Below are positions 17,695 through 28,064 of a stretch of 64,000 nt of DNA, in pieces. Both the position numbers and the translations under genes were made by a program. This DNA comes from a virus. The stretch is from IMG/VR virus record IMGVR_UViG_3300018875_000003, positions 52,981 through 116,980 of that record; one strand, 5' to 3'. The stretch's first letter is position 1, and each line of letters opens with the position of its first letter. The notes below the pieces were generated by a model, which saw only the letters and a program-made list of their open reading frames with translations, did not search any database and was not told the origin of the DNA.

Positions 17695-17907
17695 ATGAAT
17701 AACAACGAAATTGTACGCTATTTTATGAAACCTATTCAGAATAACTTCGCTCTTGTCGTGGCAACCCGCAGCAAGGGCGATATCACGATCGAAGAAGGCG
17801 CGAAGCCTTTTGTGAAAGGTCGTTACACGATGTATGCCAAGAATCGTCAGGCCCTCGAATCGAGAGTCCATGAGGTGCTGTCTCAGCAAGATCCTTTCGC
17901 TTCTTGA
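17695..17907 (+). CDS. hypothetical protein
   Basis: RBS GAGGTG. Confidence 0.65.
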   Translation: MNNNEIVRYFMKPIQNNFALVVATRSKGDITIEEGAKPFVKGRYTMYAKNRQALESRVHEVLSQQDPFAS

Positions 17908-18272
17908 TTCGTTTCCCTATGCCTGTAACCACCCCATGTATAGGGTTTTAAATGGGTTTTAATCTTTTCCAAAATTGGACAGACTCTGCCCCAAGGCTGC
18001 TGTATATGTATCTTACTTCGTAAGCTCATTCTAAAGAAGGATCAGACGATTCTGTGCGACAGTTTCCTTCTTGTTTCGGAAGCTGCCGTTTTTGCTCCTC
18101 CTTTTTATTTTATCATTCTACTTCCAAAGAAAGCTGACGATAAATACCAGCGTTACTTCTTTCGATTCCTTCGTTAGCTTTCTCTATATATAAAGATTAC
18201 CGGAAAACATGGGGTAAATACACACAGTCACAGAATGTTCACAATTTGTTCACAATTAGCTTATAATTAACT

Positions 18273-18301
18273 TTGTAATGCGTTACATTCTACATTAGAA
18301 T
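18273..18301 (+). promoter_or_regulatory. sigA promoter with operator
   Basis: TTGTAA-17 nt-TAGAAT; TGTAATGCGTTACA at 18274-18287. Confidence 0.6.
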
Positions 18302-18337
18302 CTAAATACAATCACCATTCGACAGGAGAAGATCATC

Positions 18338-18721
18338 ATGACTAATATTCCAGTAACACCAGCAGCATCCACAGGCGAAGCGCATACTTACGAAAGAAGA
18401 TGCGATGTATGCAGCCAGGTTAAAGAGCTTCACGTCCGAGCATCCAGCTGCGGCCCAATCTCGTTCGCATACTGCGTAGAATGCCTTCAGAAGGGCGCAG
18501 AGCCTTACGGGGCACTAGCAGCCTACCTATCGCAAGTCGTGGACAAGGGAAGCGATCTGGAGCCGGATAAGAACATGATTCATCCCGGATACCAGCAGCT
18601 TATCGATGTGACCCTGGAAGTTGTCGGCAAGACTCGTGAAGAGTTCTATGCAGCTGTCGATAAAGATATCCAAGACTATATCGACTTCATGAATAACCTT
18701 GATGAGGAGTCTGTGGAATAA
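18338..18721 (+). CDS. zinc-ribbon hypothetical protein
   Basis: CDVC...CVEC; RBS AGGAG. Confidence 0.65.
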   Translation: MTNIPVTPAASTGEAHTYERRCDVCSQVKELHVRASSCGPISFAYCVECLQKGAEPYGALAAYLSQVVDKGSDLEPDKNMIHPGYQQLIDVTLEVVGKTREEFYAAVDKDIQDYIDFMNNLDEESVE

Positions 18722-19242
18722 TGTATCTGGTGCAATATAAAGACCAGACCAGCTATGGCGAACTCAAAGTTTCTATCTGCAAAGATCAGTACGAAGTAGA
18801 ACAGATGTGGAATCTTGATGATTCCGCCCTGGACATGATCGACGTCAGAGAAGTGGATGAATACTTCCGCGTTGTTGTTGCCGGCTCTCGTCATTTCAAA
18901 GACTACGATCGCCTTTCCCGTGAACTCGATTACCTACTGCAGTTCAAAAAGAACGCGATCATCGTATCCGGAAACGCAGAAGGAGCAGACAAGCTTGGTG
19001 AGCAATATGCCAGGGATCGAGATCTGCTGATCGATACGTATATTCCAGATTGGCGCCCTCAAGGTCCAAAAGGCCCGTATGATAATGCTGCTGGTCATAA
19101 ACGCAATCGTGAGATGGCAGACAATGCCGATGCTGCCGTAATCTTCTGGGATGGTGTTAGCCGTGGATCGGAAGGCATGATCAATTATTGCAAGCGTATT
19201 GGCCTTGATCACAGAGTTATTAAATATAATCTTGCAATGTAA
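18721..19242 (+). CDS. SLOG-superfamily (DUF2493-like) protein
   Basis: VAGSRHF, VSGNAEGAD, AGHKRNREM, FWDGVSRG. Confidence 0.8.
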   Translation: MYLVQYKDQTSYGELKVSICKDQYEVEQMWNLDDSALDMIDVREVDEYFRVVVAGSRHFKDYDRLSRELDYLLQFKKNAIIVSGNAEGADKLGEQYARDRDLLIDTYIPDWRPQGPKGPYDNAAGHKRNREMADNADAAVIFWDGVSRGSEGMINYCKRIGLDHRVIKYNLAM

Positions 19243-19490
19243 CGTATAACATTGTCGAATAAAGGGGATTTAACATGAAACGCGAGGAATTATTAAGTCA
19301 TGTGGCGCAGGCCAATGGTCACATCTGGTTTAACAATGGCAAGACACGTAGCCGTTGTGTCACTGGGTTGGTTACATGATCTGCTATTACACCGCCAGTA
19401 AGCCTAATTATACCCAGTGCATACCTGTCGATGTTTTCGCCAAGTGGGCGCAGGGTGTCGGTAAAGTTGGAGAGAAGGAGGCTACTTCGA

Positions 19491-19973
19491 ATGGATGAGC
19501 AGTTAAAGAACTGGGCTAAACATCGCCCTCCGGGCTTCCCTAATCTTGATGCGGTAACAGTGAAGCAATATCGCGCGGGGCTGGGCTTACTTGCATTGGA
19601 GGTATGCGAAGGCTTTCTGGATATTCCGCCGCTTCCTGATAGCATAGAAGAGGCGTGCCAGACTGACGGGCTTTATTATGACATTCCATTCTTCCGCAGC
19701 GATCCGATTTGGTCTATATCTGGCGAACGCACTCTGCTGGTTGTCCATAAGGTCGAAGACAGGTCGATAACTGGCGTGTATCGATTCGACTTCAAAGCGA
19801 CACAGATCGATGGGAATCGCGTCGATTACTGGATAAAAGCGTATGACCAGCGCGGAGAAAGATCGACATCGCGCGAACTTGTTTTATACGAGAATAAAGA
19901 GTGTTGGACGATGATTCCCGATCATTCGACAATGAAGCTGTCCGATTACCTGAGAGAGGAGGTGAGAGCGTGA
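19491..19973 (+). CDS. hypothetical protein
   Basis: RBS AAGGAGG. Confidence 0.6.
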   Translation: MDEQLKNWAKHRPPGFPNLDAVTVKQYRAGLGLLALEVCEGFLDIPPLPDSIEEACQTDGLYYDIPFFRSDPIWSISGERTLLVVHKVEDRSITGVYRFDFKATQIDGNRVDYWIKAYDQRGERSTSRELVLYENKECWTMIPDHSTMKLSDYLREEVRA

Positions 19974-20149
19974 ACGAACACTTTATCTACTTGGATACGG
20001 TCGAAAGCATCCGAAGCTATTTTAGGTCTGAAGAAGAATCGAAGCGTGAACGTCAGATGGAGGCCCGCGATCCACGTACCAATAGAGCAAACTTCCGCAA
20101 CGGTGTCCGCAGTATGCTTGAGAATCGCAAGTCTCGACGGTATTGTTAA
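19970..20149 (+). CDS. small hypothetical protein
   Basis: RBS GGAGGTGA; GTGA overlap. Confidence 0.55.
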   Translation: MNEHFIYLDTVESIRSYFRSEEESKRERQMEARDPRTNRANFRNGVRSMLENRKSRRYC

Positions 20150-20160
20150 TGTCCCGCTTA

Positions 20161-20190
20161 GCAGTCTAACGACTGCACAGGCTTCTTGAT
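20161..20190 (+). promoter_or_regulatory. motif copy 4 (hairpin subtype)
   Basis: GCAGT CTAACG ACTGCACA GGCTT CT TGAT. Confidence 0.6.
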
Positions 20191-20224
20191 AAAAATAAAA
20201 CATACACTTGGAGGAATACACACT

Positions 20225-20554
20225 ATGAACGCGAATATCACTATTAAAGGTCTGTCTATCCACAACATAAAGCCGGTTGAAGGTTCCGATCGTGAAGAGC
20301 AAACACATATCAAGCTGGATGAGATCACATTCAGTCTGACTCCGGATTCTCCGAAGCCACAGATTCACCCGATGGTGGATTCGCTCATGGATGATCTGAT
20401 GGATCATCTCCCTGGATTCCTCGGTAAGAAACACGGCATGGGCGATCTGCCAAGCCACATCATTGTTGGCGGTCCGTTCGGTCCGAATGACATTCCAGAC
20501 GAAATCAAGGACGCGATGTCAGAAGAACTCAAGAAAATGCTCGGCATCCACTAA
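20225..20554 (+). CDS. hypothetical protein
   Basis: RBS GGAGG. Confidence 0.65.
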   Translation: MNANITIKGLSIHNIKPVEGSDREEQTHIKLDEITFSLTPDSPKPQIHPMVDSLMDDLMDHLPGFLGKKHGMGDLPSHIIVGGPFGPNDIPDEIKDAMSEELKKMLGIH

Positions 20555-20694
20555 TTCATATATCATATGAAATATTAAATACGAAATACGATCTTGGTCT
20601 ATATCATACGATATAGGCCTTTTTCGTATGTAATTCTTCATATCATATGATATATGAAATATGTTATACGATATAGATCATATATCATACGATT
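20552..20694. repeat. heptad array 3, parS-like
   Basis: About 18 TA-initiated heptads (TATATCA, TATGAAA, TACGAAA, TACGATA, TATGATA). Confidence 0.75.
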
Positions 20695-20778
20695 TGTTGA
20701 TAGATGTGGGTTGATCGAACCTTCGGTCATCCACCTGTTTCAGCAAATACATTCACTTAATATAAGGAGGCATTGGCA

Positions 20779-21294
20779 ATGAGTAATGCTAATGGGAAAA
20801 GAGAGTTCGATAAGATGCGTATTGAGATGTGGGTGTCTGGCACAGCCAATGCAGACCGAGATGGCGGATACTGCGTTAAGCTGCATTCCGTCCTGGGTGG
20901 CCAACACTACACCAAGTTGATGGCCGGATATGGCAAGGACACTACCGTTACCCGAATGACACTGAAGGCGGTTCTGGAAGGTCTTCGCGAGATCAAGAAG
21001 AAGGCATTTGTTCATATTTATACGGGCATCCCGCAGGTTAGCGCTGGTCTCAACAGAGACATCCATAAATGGGCGCAAAACGATTTTAAGAAAGCCAACG
21101 GCCAGCAGCTGCAGCATGAAGATCTGTATCGCCAAATATATGCTCTGCTTCAAGAGAAAGCGATCAGCTGGAAAGTTCACTACATGTCAGATAGTCCTTC
21201 GCCGGACAGTAACATCGAAGTCATCCATACGTCCAGCGAATATGCAATGAAGGCACAGCAAAATATTTACGAAACTGCTATGGCAGTATCTTGA
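20779..21294 (+). CDS. RNase HI-fold protein, catalytic acidic residues apparently lost
   Basis: RMTLKAVLEGL, IYTG, W.QNDFKK, HEDLY align by eye with RNase HI. Confidence 0.7.
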   Translation: MSNANGKREFDKMRIEMWVSGTANADRDGGYCVKLHSVLGGQHYTKLMAGYGKDTTVTRMTLKAVLEGLREIKKKAFVHIYTGIPQVSAGLNRDIHKWAQNDFKKANGQQLQHEDLYRQIYALLQEKAISWKVHYMSDSPSPDSNIEVIHTSSEYAMKAQQNIYETAMAVS

Positions 21295-21312
21295 GGGAGG
21301 CAGATCATAATC

Positions 21313-21543
21313 ATGGTTTTACCTTACATGGCAAACAGGCCCGGATGGGTTCGCGAGGGGGCGGTCATTGAATTTATGTACCAAGGTCGCATCTATCAAG
21401 CAACGATCGAATCTCACTCGTATAGTTTTTGCATTTTTAAATCGATAATCGATGTGGAGAAGAATAGACCAGCTTTTACTATTCCAAGTGCAATACCCTA
21501 TCCTGCGGTACAAAATCCAATTGTGAAGGAGTTGCCAGAATGA
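21313..21543 (+). CDS. hypothetical protein
   Basis: RBS GGGAGG. Confidence 0.55.
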   Translation: MVLPYMANRPGWVREGAVIEFMYQGRIYQATIESHSYSFCIFKSIIDVEKNRPAFTIPSAIPYPAVQNPIVKELPE

Positions 21544-21794
21544 AACGTTTTATGGATGTTGTCGGTCCTGCTATGGACTTCATTGCAGATCGGATGTGGC
21601 TCTGCTTGTTGACCGCGGCTACCCTGGCTGTCGCCGCTTGTCTTCTGCAGATGTTTGGATTGATCCTTATACTTATCGTCGCCATGATGTTTGGTCTTTA
21701 TGTTCGATGGAGTCTTCAACGTGATTACTTAATAAGCGCAGCAATGCAGAAGGGTGAAGTGCAATGGGAAAACAAATCAAAACGACGTGCTTAA
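21540..21794 (+). CDS. membrane protein
   Basis: RBS AAGGAG; hydrophobic core. Confidence 0.6.
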   Translation: MKRFMDVVGPAMDFIADRMWLCLLTAATLAVAACLLQMFGLILILIVAMMFGLYVRWSLQRDYLISAAMQKGEVQWENKSKRRA

Positions 21795-22225
21795 AATGTA
21801 AATCGGAGGTTACGCTCGATTTCGGGGATGCAAACTACTCTGAAGCGCTGAAGCTTGCTGATCAGATCGATAAGCGCCCGATGGAATGCCCTGGCTTCCA
21901 TGTTGAGGTTGGCGGCTGGAAAAAGTACTGGCAGATCGTCAACGCGATTGATTCTGCCTACAGCGAAGAAGATAAAGATGCTTGTCGGGATATTGTAAGG
22001 CGTATCATTGTCAAACTACCCGATAGTTCTACTCCTGAAAAAGAACATGAGTTCAAAACGGAACAGGAGACGCATCAATTCGTAACTGGTCTTATCGATG
22101 GCGGAATGAGCGATCTTACTTCTCTGATTGTAACGCATTTCAATGCACTGAAAGAATATATTGGCGAGTACAAAGGCTCTGCCAAGAAAATACTGACTTA
22201 TCTGGACGACAGCTATCTGTATTAG
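21764..22225 (+). CDS. hypothetical protein (CxxC...C..H)
   Basis: RBS AAGGGTGA. Confidence 0.6.
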   Translation: MGKQIKTTCLKCKSEVTLDFGDANYSEALKLADQIDKRPMECPGFHVEVGGWKKYWQIVNAIDSAYSEEDKDACRDIVRRIIVKLPDSSTPEKEHEFKTEQETHQFVTGLIDGGMSDLTSLIVTHFNALKEYIGEYKGSAKKILTYLDDSYLY

Positions 22226-22252
22226 TCGCTGACGCTCCCCGGGCTATATGAA
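22224..22252 (+). promoter_or_regulatory. motif copy 5
   Basis: AGTCG CTGACG CTCCCCG GGCTA TA TGAA. Confidence 0.6.
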
Positions 22253-22276
22253 TAAACATTGCGGAGGTAATTGATT

Positions 22277-22534
22277 ATGTTAATGACAGTAGTAAACGGA
22301 ATTGTAACGTGTGGCACACTGGAAGGAATCCATGGCTTGCTTACACCGCTGGCTCCTATGCAGCGTCATGAAGTACTGCGTGCAGCTGCCGAAGTTCAGA
22401 TTGCGGAGAAAAACACGCATCATGCGCTCTGGATTATGTCCAAGCTGGCATTGATCGATGATCTGGCGCTGCAAGAAGAACGCAAAGCGCACGGCATTAT
22501 CCAGCTTGATCGATTGGAGAGAGTTGGCGTATGA
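22277..22534 (+). CDS. hypothetical protein
   Basis: RBS GGAGGT. Confidence 0.6.
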   Translation: MLMTVVNGIVTCGTLEGIHGLLTPLAPMQRHEVLRAAAEVQIAEKNTHHALWIMSKLALIDDLALQEERKAHGIIQLDRLERVGV

Positions 22535-22701
22535 TTTGGTATTTCGTATTCGCGATCGCCGTTGTCTCTGGCCAGTTCTGGCTGCTGCCGGCGATCGTTG
22601 CTTTTGCTATGATCCAGCACTTTTGGAAGAAAGAAGTTAAGCTCCCTAAACGTAAGCCGCATAGACGGTAAAATAAAAACTAATCATTGGAGGAATTTAC
22701 G

Positions 22702-23745
22702 ATGTTGGAAAACATTAAAAATCAGATTCAAGGTGCAATTGCAGTAGAAGTTGGGCAAACAAACGCGAACGGAAGTTTCCCGGTTATCGTGCAAGACAAC
22801 TTGGAGGGCTCTATTACTCGCGGCTGGTCGCTGACATACAATCCGAAGCTAATTACAACCAATGGCCCAGAACGACTGTATGATGGCAGAGAAGCGTTCT
22901 CTACACTTCGTATTGCCAACTTCAGCGCCTTATATGACGTCCTGATGGGTGTAGATCAGCGCTTCCTGAAAGGTGAACTCGTTGAGCTGGGCAATAACAA
23001 TACAAAACGTGCAACCTATGAAATGAACGGCGCTCGCTTTACAGCCGTCGAGTATGAATCCAGCGTTTCCATCTCGCTCACGATTACACAGGAGAAATCC
23101 CCGTTCCGCATGCTGAATATCAATTTCCGTATCGTAAACAGCGACAAGAACCCAGGCAGCCGTCACCTGATCGGCTCGGAAAACTACTGGGATCGCAACA
23201 CGAATATATTCACAGAGCAGAATGCTTCCCTGACACCGAAGAAGAGACGCATGCTTCAGGTGTACCAGGATCGTTCTAACAGCCAAGTAACGCCTTACAT
23301 TAAGACATTAACCCAACCCGGCAATACGCCGAATACGTCTTTCGTACACCCAGATCAATCGCCATTCGAATATGTTCAGGACGTGCGCAGCAAGTATAAA
23401 GCGCTGGCTTATATCCAGGAGCAGACGATCATTGAGATTGCAATGGAGCGCGCTTTGGCAATGCTGAAGCAGCATTCTTCTGCACAGCCGCAGGAGTACG
23501 GTTTCCAGCCACAACAATCGTTTGATCTCCATGCTCCATTTGGCCAGCAGCCAACATTCGCTCCACAGCAGCCTGTATTCGGCACTCAGCAGGGCTTTGC
23601 TGGTCAGCAGCCGTTTGGTCAGCCGCAGCAGCAAAGCGCGCCACAACAGCAGCAGGGTCAGCCACAAGCCTATGCGCAGCAGCAATCCTTCCAAGGTCAA
23701 CCGCAGTGGACGGCATACGGAGAGAATGGCAAGCCACTTTTTTAA
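22702..23745 (+). CDS. hypothetical protein with Q/P/F-rich low-complexity tail
   Basis: RBS GGAGG; PFGQQ-like repeats. Confidence 0.75.
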   Translation: MLENIKNQIQGAIAVEVGQTNANGSFPVIVQDNLEGSITRGWSLTYNPKLITTNGPERLYDGREAFSTLRIANFSALYDVLMGVDQRFLKGELVELGNNNTKRATYEMNGARFTAVEYESSVSISLTITQEKSPFRMLNINFRIVNSDKNPGSRHLIGSENYWDRNTNIFTEQNASLTPKKRRMLQVYQDRSNSQVTPYIKTLTQPGNTPNTSFVHPDQSPFEYVQDVRSKYKALAYIQEQTIIEIAMERALAMLKQHSSAQPQEYGFQPQQSFDLHAPFGQQPTFAPQQPVFGTQQGFAGQQPFGQPQQQSAPQQQQGQPQAYAQQQSFQGQPQWTAYGENGKPLF

Positions 23746-23870
23746 ATAGACACTGCTACAGCACCTGACGCTTTCATAGATCAGGTGTTGAATGAATTGC
23801 CTATTTAACACAAATAAGTATTGAACAATGAGTTAACGTGTTATAATGTATGGAGAAAGGAGGAGTCATC

Positions 23871-25745
23871 TTGATTCAAGTTCGCAGTCAATATGAAAAT
23901 GTATACATCAAAGTCCTTGATAACCCCGATACGATCGACTACACACTTTCCAAGGTTAGAAGTCTGCCCGGGCGCGCATTTAATATGCAGACTGGCGAAT
24001 GGATGATCTCCCGTGATCAAGTCGGACCGCTTTTATTCAATTTCAGTAACCAAATTATTTGGATGACGCCGCTCAAAGAAATTGTTGCAGGTCTTGAGAT
24101 ACACGATGAGGTCGTTCAAAAGCATCTGCAATGGGAAGCGGAATCCGAATTTAAAAACTTTAAACTGTCGCTCTATCCTTATCAGAAGGTGGGAGCAAAT
24201 TTCCTGATCGATCGCGGATGCGGAGCTATATTCGATGGATGTGGTCTCGGCAAGACACCGCAGCTGATTGGCGCCTGCGAAAAGATATTCGAGCGTGTTC
24301 GCGGTGGACGTGCGCTGATCGTCACCTTGAACTCACTGAAACGTCAGTGGGCAAGAGAGATTGAGAAGTTTACCGGTAAGCCAGCAATTCCTGTAACCGG
24401 CACCGCTTCTCAAAGAGCGAAACTAATCAAAGGATTCGCCAGTCATAAGAAGACACAGTACCTGGTGATCAACTATGAGATGTTGCGCGATGATAAACTT
24501 CGTAAGATGATTACGGATATTCCATTCAGCGCTGTTGGACTCGACGAGGCTCAGAAGATTAAGAATGGTGTTACAGACACTCATCTAAAAATGTTCCCGA
24601 GCCAGATTGCCGCAGCAACCCATGAGCTGAAGTATATCCCGCATCGCTTTATTGCAACGGCTACGCCAATGCAGGGCAAGGCAGAGGAAGTGTGGAGCCT
24701 ATTTTACTTTATCGATGAAAACATCCTCGGTAATTGGTATGTCTTTCGTGATAAGTATTGCGAATACGGAACCAAGTTTGGCATCACCGGCTACAAAGAC
24801 CTGGGCGAGCTTTACTACCGAATCGCTCCGTATTTTATACGACGGACAAAAGAGAACCCAGAGGTTCAGCAGCAGCTGCCTACGGTGACGAGTGATCCGA
24901 TTTTCCTTGACATGACCGATAAGCAGCGCCAGCTCCATGACTATCTTCTGGATAAGTACATGGAGGTGAAGGAGACTGCGAAGAAGGTTACATCCAGCCC
25001 GAACCAGTATCAATTTATCGCTGGGAGGAGCATGTCCAAAGACGAAGCCAAGGAGTATTATGATTCCCTTGCGCAAGGCTATCAGATATTCATGCTCAGT
25101 GTTTGTGATTCTCCTGAGCTGCTGGTCATGTCCGATTCATCCATGGCACAGAATGTCCTTAAAGATATTCCGCTGTCAGAGAAAGACCTCAAGTCACCGA
25201 AGGTTGACCACATCGTTCAGTTCTACGAGCAGATGACGTTTGACGAACCCAATTCTAAAGTCGTTATCTTCACGCAGTTCTCGCGGATGGCAATGCTCAT
25301 CCAGAAGAAGCTGAAAAACTCGGTCATCTACCACGGCGGACTCAGTGATAATGCCAAAGAGTTTGCGAAGGATCAATTCGTAAGCAATCCCAATATTAAA
25401 GCGATCGTCTGCACAGATGCCGGAAGCACCGGTCTGAATCTGCAGGTGGCCAACTACATGATCCATGCCGACTTGCCTTGGGATCCAACCCTGGTTGAAC
25501 AGCGAAATGGCCGGATCGATCGCACCGGTAATAAGTTTAGCAACGTAAACATCTATTACACCATCATGAATGGTGGGTATGATGAACATCTGCTGGACAT
25601 CCTGGAGCGAAAATCTACCATGTCCAATATGGTTATTGATGGCGGCAGGGCAACGGCTTCATCGTCCAATATCAGCAAACTGGCCATGGATAAGATGGTC
25701 AAGGATCGTAAGAAGCAAATGAAGCCTGCAGCCGTCCTAAATTAA
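23871..25745 (+). CDS. SNF2-family helicase/translocase
   Basis: LYPYQ, GLGKT, DEAQ, TATP, GLNLQ, QRNGRIDR; extended -10 promoter with operator at 23832-23847. Confidence 0.9.
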   Translation: MIQVRSQYENVYIKVLDNPDTIDYTLSKVRSLPGRAFNMQTGEWMISRDQVGPLLFNFSNQIIWMTPLKEIVAGLEIHDEVVQKHLQWEAESEFKNFKLSLYPYQKVGANFLIDRGCGAIFDGCGLGKTPQLIGACEKIFERVRGGRALIVTLNSLKRQWAREIEKFTGKPAIPVTGTASQRAKLIKGFASHKKTQYLVINYEMLRDDKLRKMITDIPFSAVGLDEAQKIKNGVTDTHLKMFPSQIAAATHELKYIPHRFIATATPMQGKAEEVWSLFYFIDENILGNWYVFRDKYCEYGTKFGITGYKDLGELYYRIAPYFIRRTKENPEVQQQLPTVTSDPIFLDMTDKQRQLHDYLLDKYMEVKETAKKVTSSPNQYQFIAGRSMSKDEAKEYYDSLAQGYQIFMLSVCDSPELLVMSDSSMAQNVLKDIPLSEKDLKSPKVDHIVQFYEQMTFDEPNSKVVIFTQFSRMAMLIQKKLKNSVIYHGGLSDNAKEFAKDQFVSNPNIKAIVCTDAGSTGLNLQVANYMIHADLPWDPTLVEQRNGRIDRTGNKFSNVNIYYTIMNGGYDEHLLDILERKSTMSNMVIDGGRATASSSNISKLAMDKMVKDRKKQMKPAAVLN

Positions 25746-25756
25746 AGGAGGCTACC

Positions 25757-26611
25757 ATGAGTAACATGCCGGTTATTATCAGGCAGACCGAAAGCTGGCG
25801 AGGGGCGGTTAAAGAAGAAGTTTGCTATGCTCATGAGCTGGTGGATTTCAAAGCCGTACATCGATCAGATTACTGGGGAGAAGAATACTTCTTTACCGGT
25901 GATTACAACATCGAGATCAAGCCCGGAGCTTTCGGAAACCTGCACACCTATGCCGGCCGGCTGGAGCACAAGCGGGTTCATCGTTACGACAAGCGCCAGA
26001 AGAAACGTGTCTGGCGCTCTCTTTTTGACTTATACCTGCAGTTTTACCAGTACGGCCATAAAAAGAACATATGTGAAGTTAAAGGCGTAACCAAGCAGCA
26101 AGCTGCCAAAATATGCGTGCGCCGAGTCCTACAGTTTGAAAAGACCAACTACTTCCGTGAAGAGGTCTGGCCAAAGGTGCTTCATAAAAATAAGGTAACA
26201 CATATCTTCAAGGATTTTGGCGAGGACGGTCTTCTATGGGTCGCATCCACTTATTGTGGCGCAAACCCAATCACCGATCGCATAAGTAATTCCTGGGGTA
26301 TCGGAACCCCGATGCTTGGCACAGGGAGGTTCTACGACTACCGACTTAACTTTCATATCCCATTCCATTTCTTCATGGATACGAAAGACCCTGATAAAGA
26401 GATCGACGATGAAAAACATGGCGTATATGAGAATCCGCATGTGCATTTTACCCATATACACGGGGATGGATATTCAGGCGGAGGCAAGGTCGATCCGGCG
26501 ATCATCGAGGAAATCGAAGCGCAACTTAACGTGAATAATTTGGTCTACCAATACCACCTGCGCGATCGGGCGCAGGCCATCTTAGATAAACATTACACTC
26601 GGAGGTACTGA
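25757..26611 (+). CDS. hypothetical protein
   Basis: RBS AAGGAGG; 284 aa. Confidence 0.7.
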   Translation: MSNMPVIIRQTESWRGAVKEEVCYAHELVDFKAVHRSDYWGEEYFFTGDYNIEIKPGAFGNLHTYAGRLEHKRVHRYDKRQKKRVWRSLFDLYLQFYQYGHKKNICEVKGVTKQQAAKICVRRVLQFEKTNYFREEVWPKVLHKNKVTHIFKDFGEDGLLWVASTYCGANPITDRISNSWGIGTPMLGTGRFYDYRLNFHIPFHFFMDTKDPDKEIDDEKHGVYENPHVHFTHIHGDGYSGGGKVDPAIIEEIEAQLNVNNLVYQYHLRDRAQAILDKHYTRRY

Positions 26612-26612
26612 T

Positions 26613-26801
26613 ATGGTCCCGATTATACAAACACCTAAGAATGTACTTCAGCAATACAAGCTGACACCTGCTTCGATTAATAAAAAAGCAGCACTCTTAG
26701 GATGCACCATTAACCACCTGTACTATTCACCTGATAACAGCGATCGACCATTCTATCGCAAAATCGATGGTGACATGGTTCCGGTCGATATGAATATGTA
26801 A
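26613..26801 (+). CDS. small hypothetical protein
   Basis: RBS GGAGGT. Confidence 0.55.
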   Translation: MVPIIQTPKNVLQQYKLTPASINKKAALLGCTINHLYYSPDNSDRPFYRKIDGDMVPVDMNM

Positions 26802-26816
26802 CGAGGTGAACGTCAC

Positions 26817-27176
26817 ATGGAATTAATGAGTGGTTATCATTATCGTCCACCTGGCGAGTTCCAGGCACAAATCAACCGAACAAAAGCAAAAAACGGCGGC
26901 TTTCCAGGATGCTGGACAACGCAAGAAGGACTGGTTCTTCTTCCACAGAATATGCGTGATGGACATCTTTTAAACTCCATTGCCATGACAGAGCGACGCT
27001 ATATCGATAAGATGGGTATTCCTAATATCCGATCGATTGCCACGAAAGTTATCAATGGCACGTATAACAACAGTTATCAAGATCACCACATCCGAGAAGT
27101 CGTTCGCTCACTACGAAAAAGCCGAACCTATATTAATATGCTGAAAGAAGCCAGGGATCGGGGGATATTGGAATGA
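26817..27176 (+). CDS. hypothetical protein
   Basis: RBS GAGGTGA; starts MELMSGY. Confidence 0.65.
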   Translation: MELMSGYHYRPPGEFQAQINRTKAKNGGFPGCWTTQEGLVLLPQNMRDGHLLNSIAMTERRYIDKMGIPNIRSIATKVINGTYNNSYQDHHIREVVRSLRKSRTYINMLKEARDRGILE

Positions 27177-27511
27177 AGCAGAAGTTTAACTTTGATCATA
27201 TTCATCGGATGGCCGCCGATATTCCACCGATCGGACAGACGGACGTAGAATATGCAAATCAGACGATGAAGGTTTTTAACGTCATTTTAAACCATGACGA
27301 AGCAAACGATGAGATGATCGACAACGTGGACATTGAAGGCATTCGCCGCGCTTTCGACATCGTTAACTACTCGACGACATGCGAAGATGATATCGAGGAG
27401 GGAACTTCTGATAGTCTCCGTGAAAGTCTATACCAACATGTTTACGTCCGCGGATACTTAGAGGAGCTTCTGTCTATGGCTCCCGTCCAGCCTGTCGTCA
27501 AGTTTTTCTGA
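27173..27511 (+). CDS. hypothetical protein
   Basis: ATGA overlap. Confidence 0.6.
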   Translation: MKQKFNFDHIHRMAADIPPIGQTDVEYANQTMKVFNVILNHDEANDEMIDNVDIEGIRRAFDIVNYSTTCEDDIEEGTSDSLRESLYQHVYVRGYLEELLSMAPVQPVVKFF

Positions 27512-27524
27512 AGGAGGTTTTACC

Positions 27525-28064
27525 ATGCACGAAGTCGGTTATTTGTCCGGTTATGAGGAGAAGGAGTACTGGCTGAATCAAATAGACGCCTTGGCGATCA
27601 TGAAACTATGCCGTCTTTATAACGTGGAAATCGAGGAAAACGAGTATGCTCTTTGCTCTCGCGCAGATGATGGCCATGTCATTACGTTTTTCCGGAAGAC
27701 GATGGCTAAAATCCTTGACCCTTACGCATACGTTCATCCATATGAGGACGATACACATCCCAACAGCATTCTGGATATTACATTTCATTTCAGGGATGAT
27801 CTTACGGAAGAGGAGAAGAAGATCGCTGAAGAAATGAAGAAGGGTATTCACCATGCCTTCGATGATCTATCCTACGAATATTGGGATGAATGGGAAGGCG
27901 ATCGTTTATCGATACGCGCTGATTTTTACGTAGGATACGGCGTTGCTGCTATTAAATTTATGGAAGATTTCAACAAGTTAAAGAAATACTTAAAGGAGGT
28001 GCCTTCCGATGTCTACGATAATGATCGAATTACATCCGGAGAAGCTGCCGCTTCTGATCATTGA
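27525..28064 (+). CDS. acidic hypothetical protein at the head of the E2-Ubl-E1 cassette
   Basis: RBS AAGGAGG. Confidence 0.65.
   Translation: MHEVGYLSGYEEKEYWLNQIDALAIMKLCRLYNVEIEENEYALCSRADDGHVITFFRKTMAKILDPYAYVHPYEDDTHPNSILDITFHFRDDLTEEEKKIAEEMKKGIHHAFDDLSYEYWDEWEGDRLSIRADFYVGYGVAAIKFMEDFNKLKKYLKEVPSDVYDNDRITSGEAAASDH

Noticed and set aside
15666-20694. AT-rich arrays as CRISPR arrays
   Set aside because: 7-bp periodicity with no repeat-spacer structure and no cas genes; no CRISPR array or tRNA was recognised in the window
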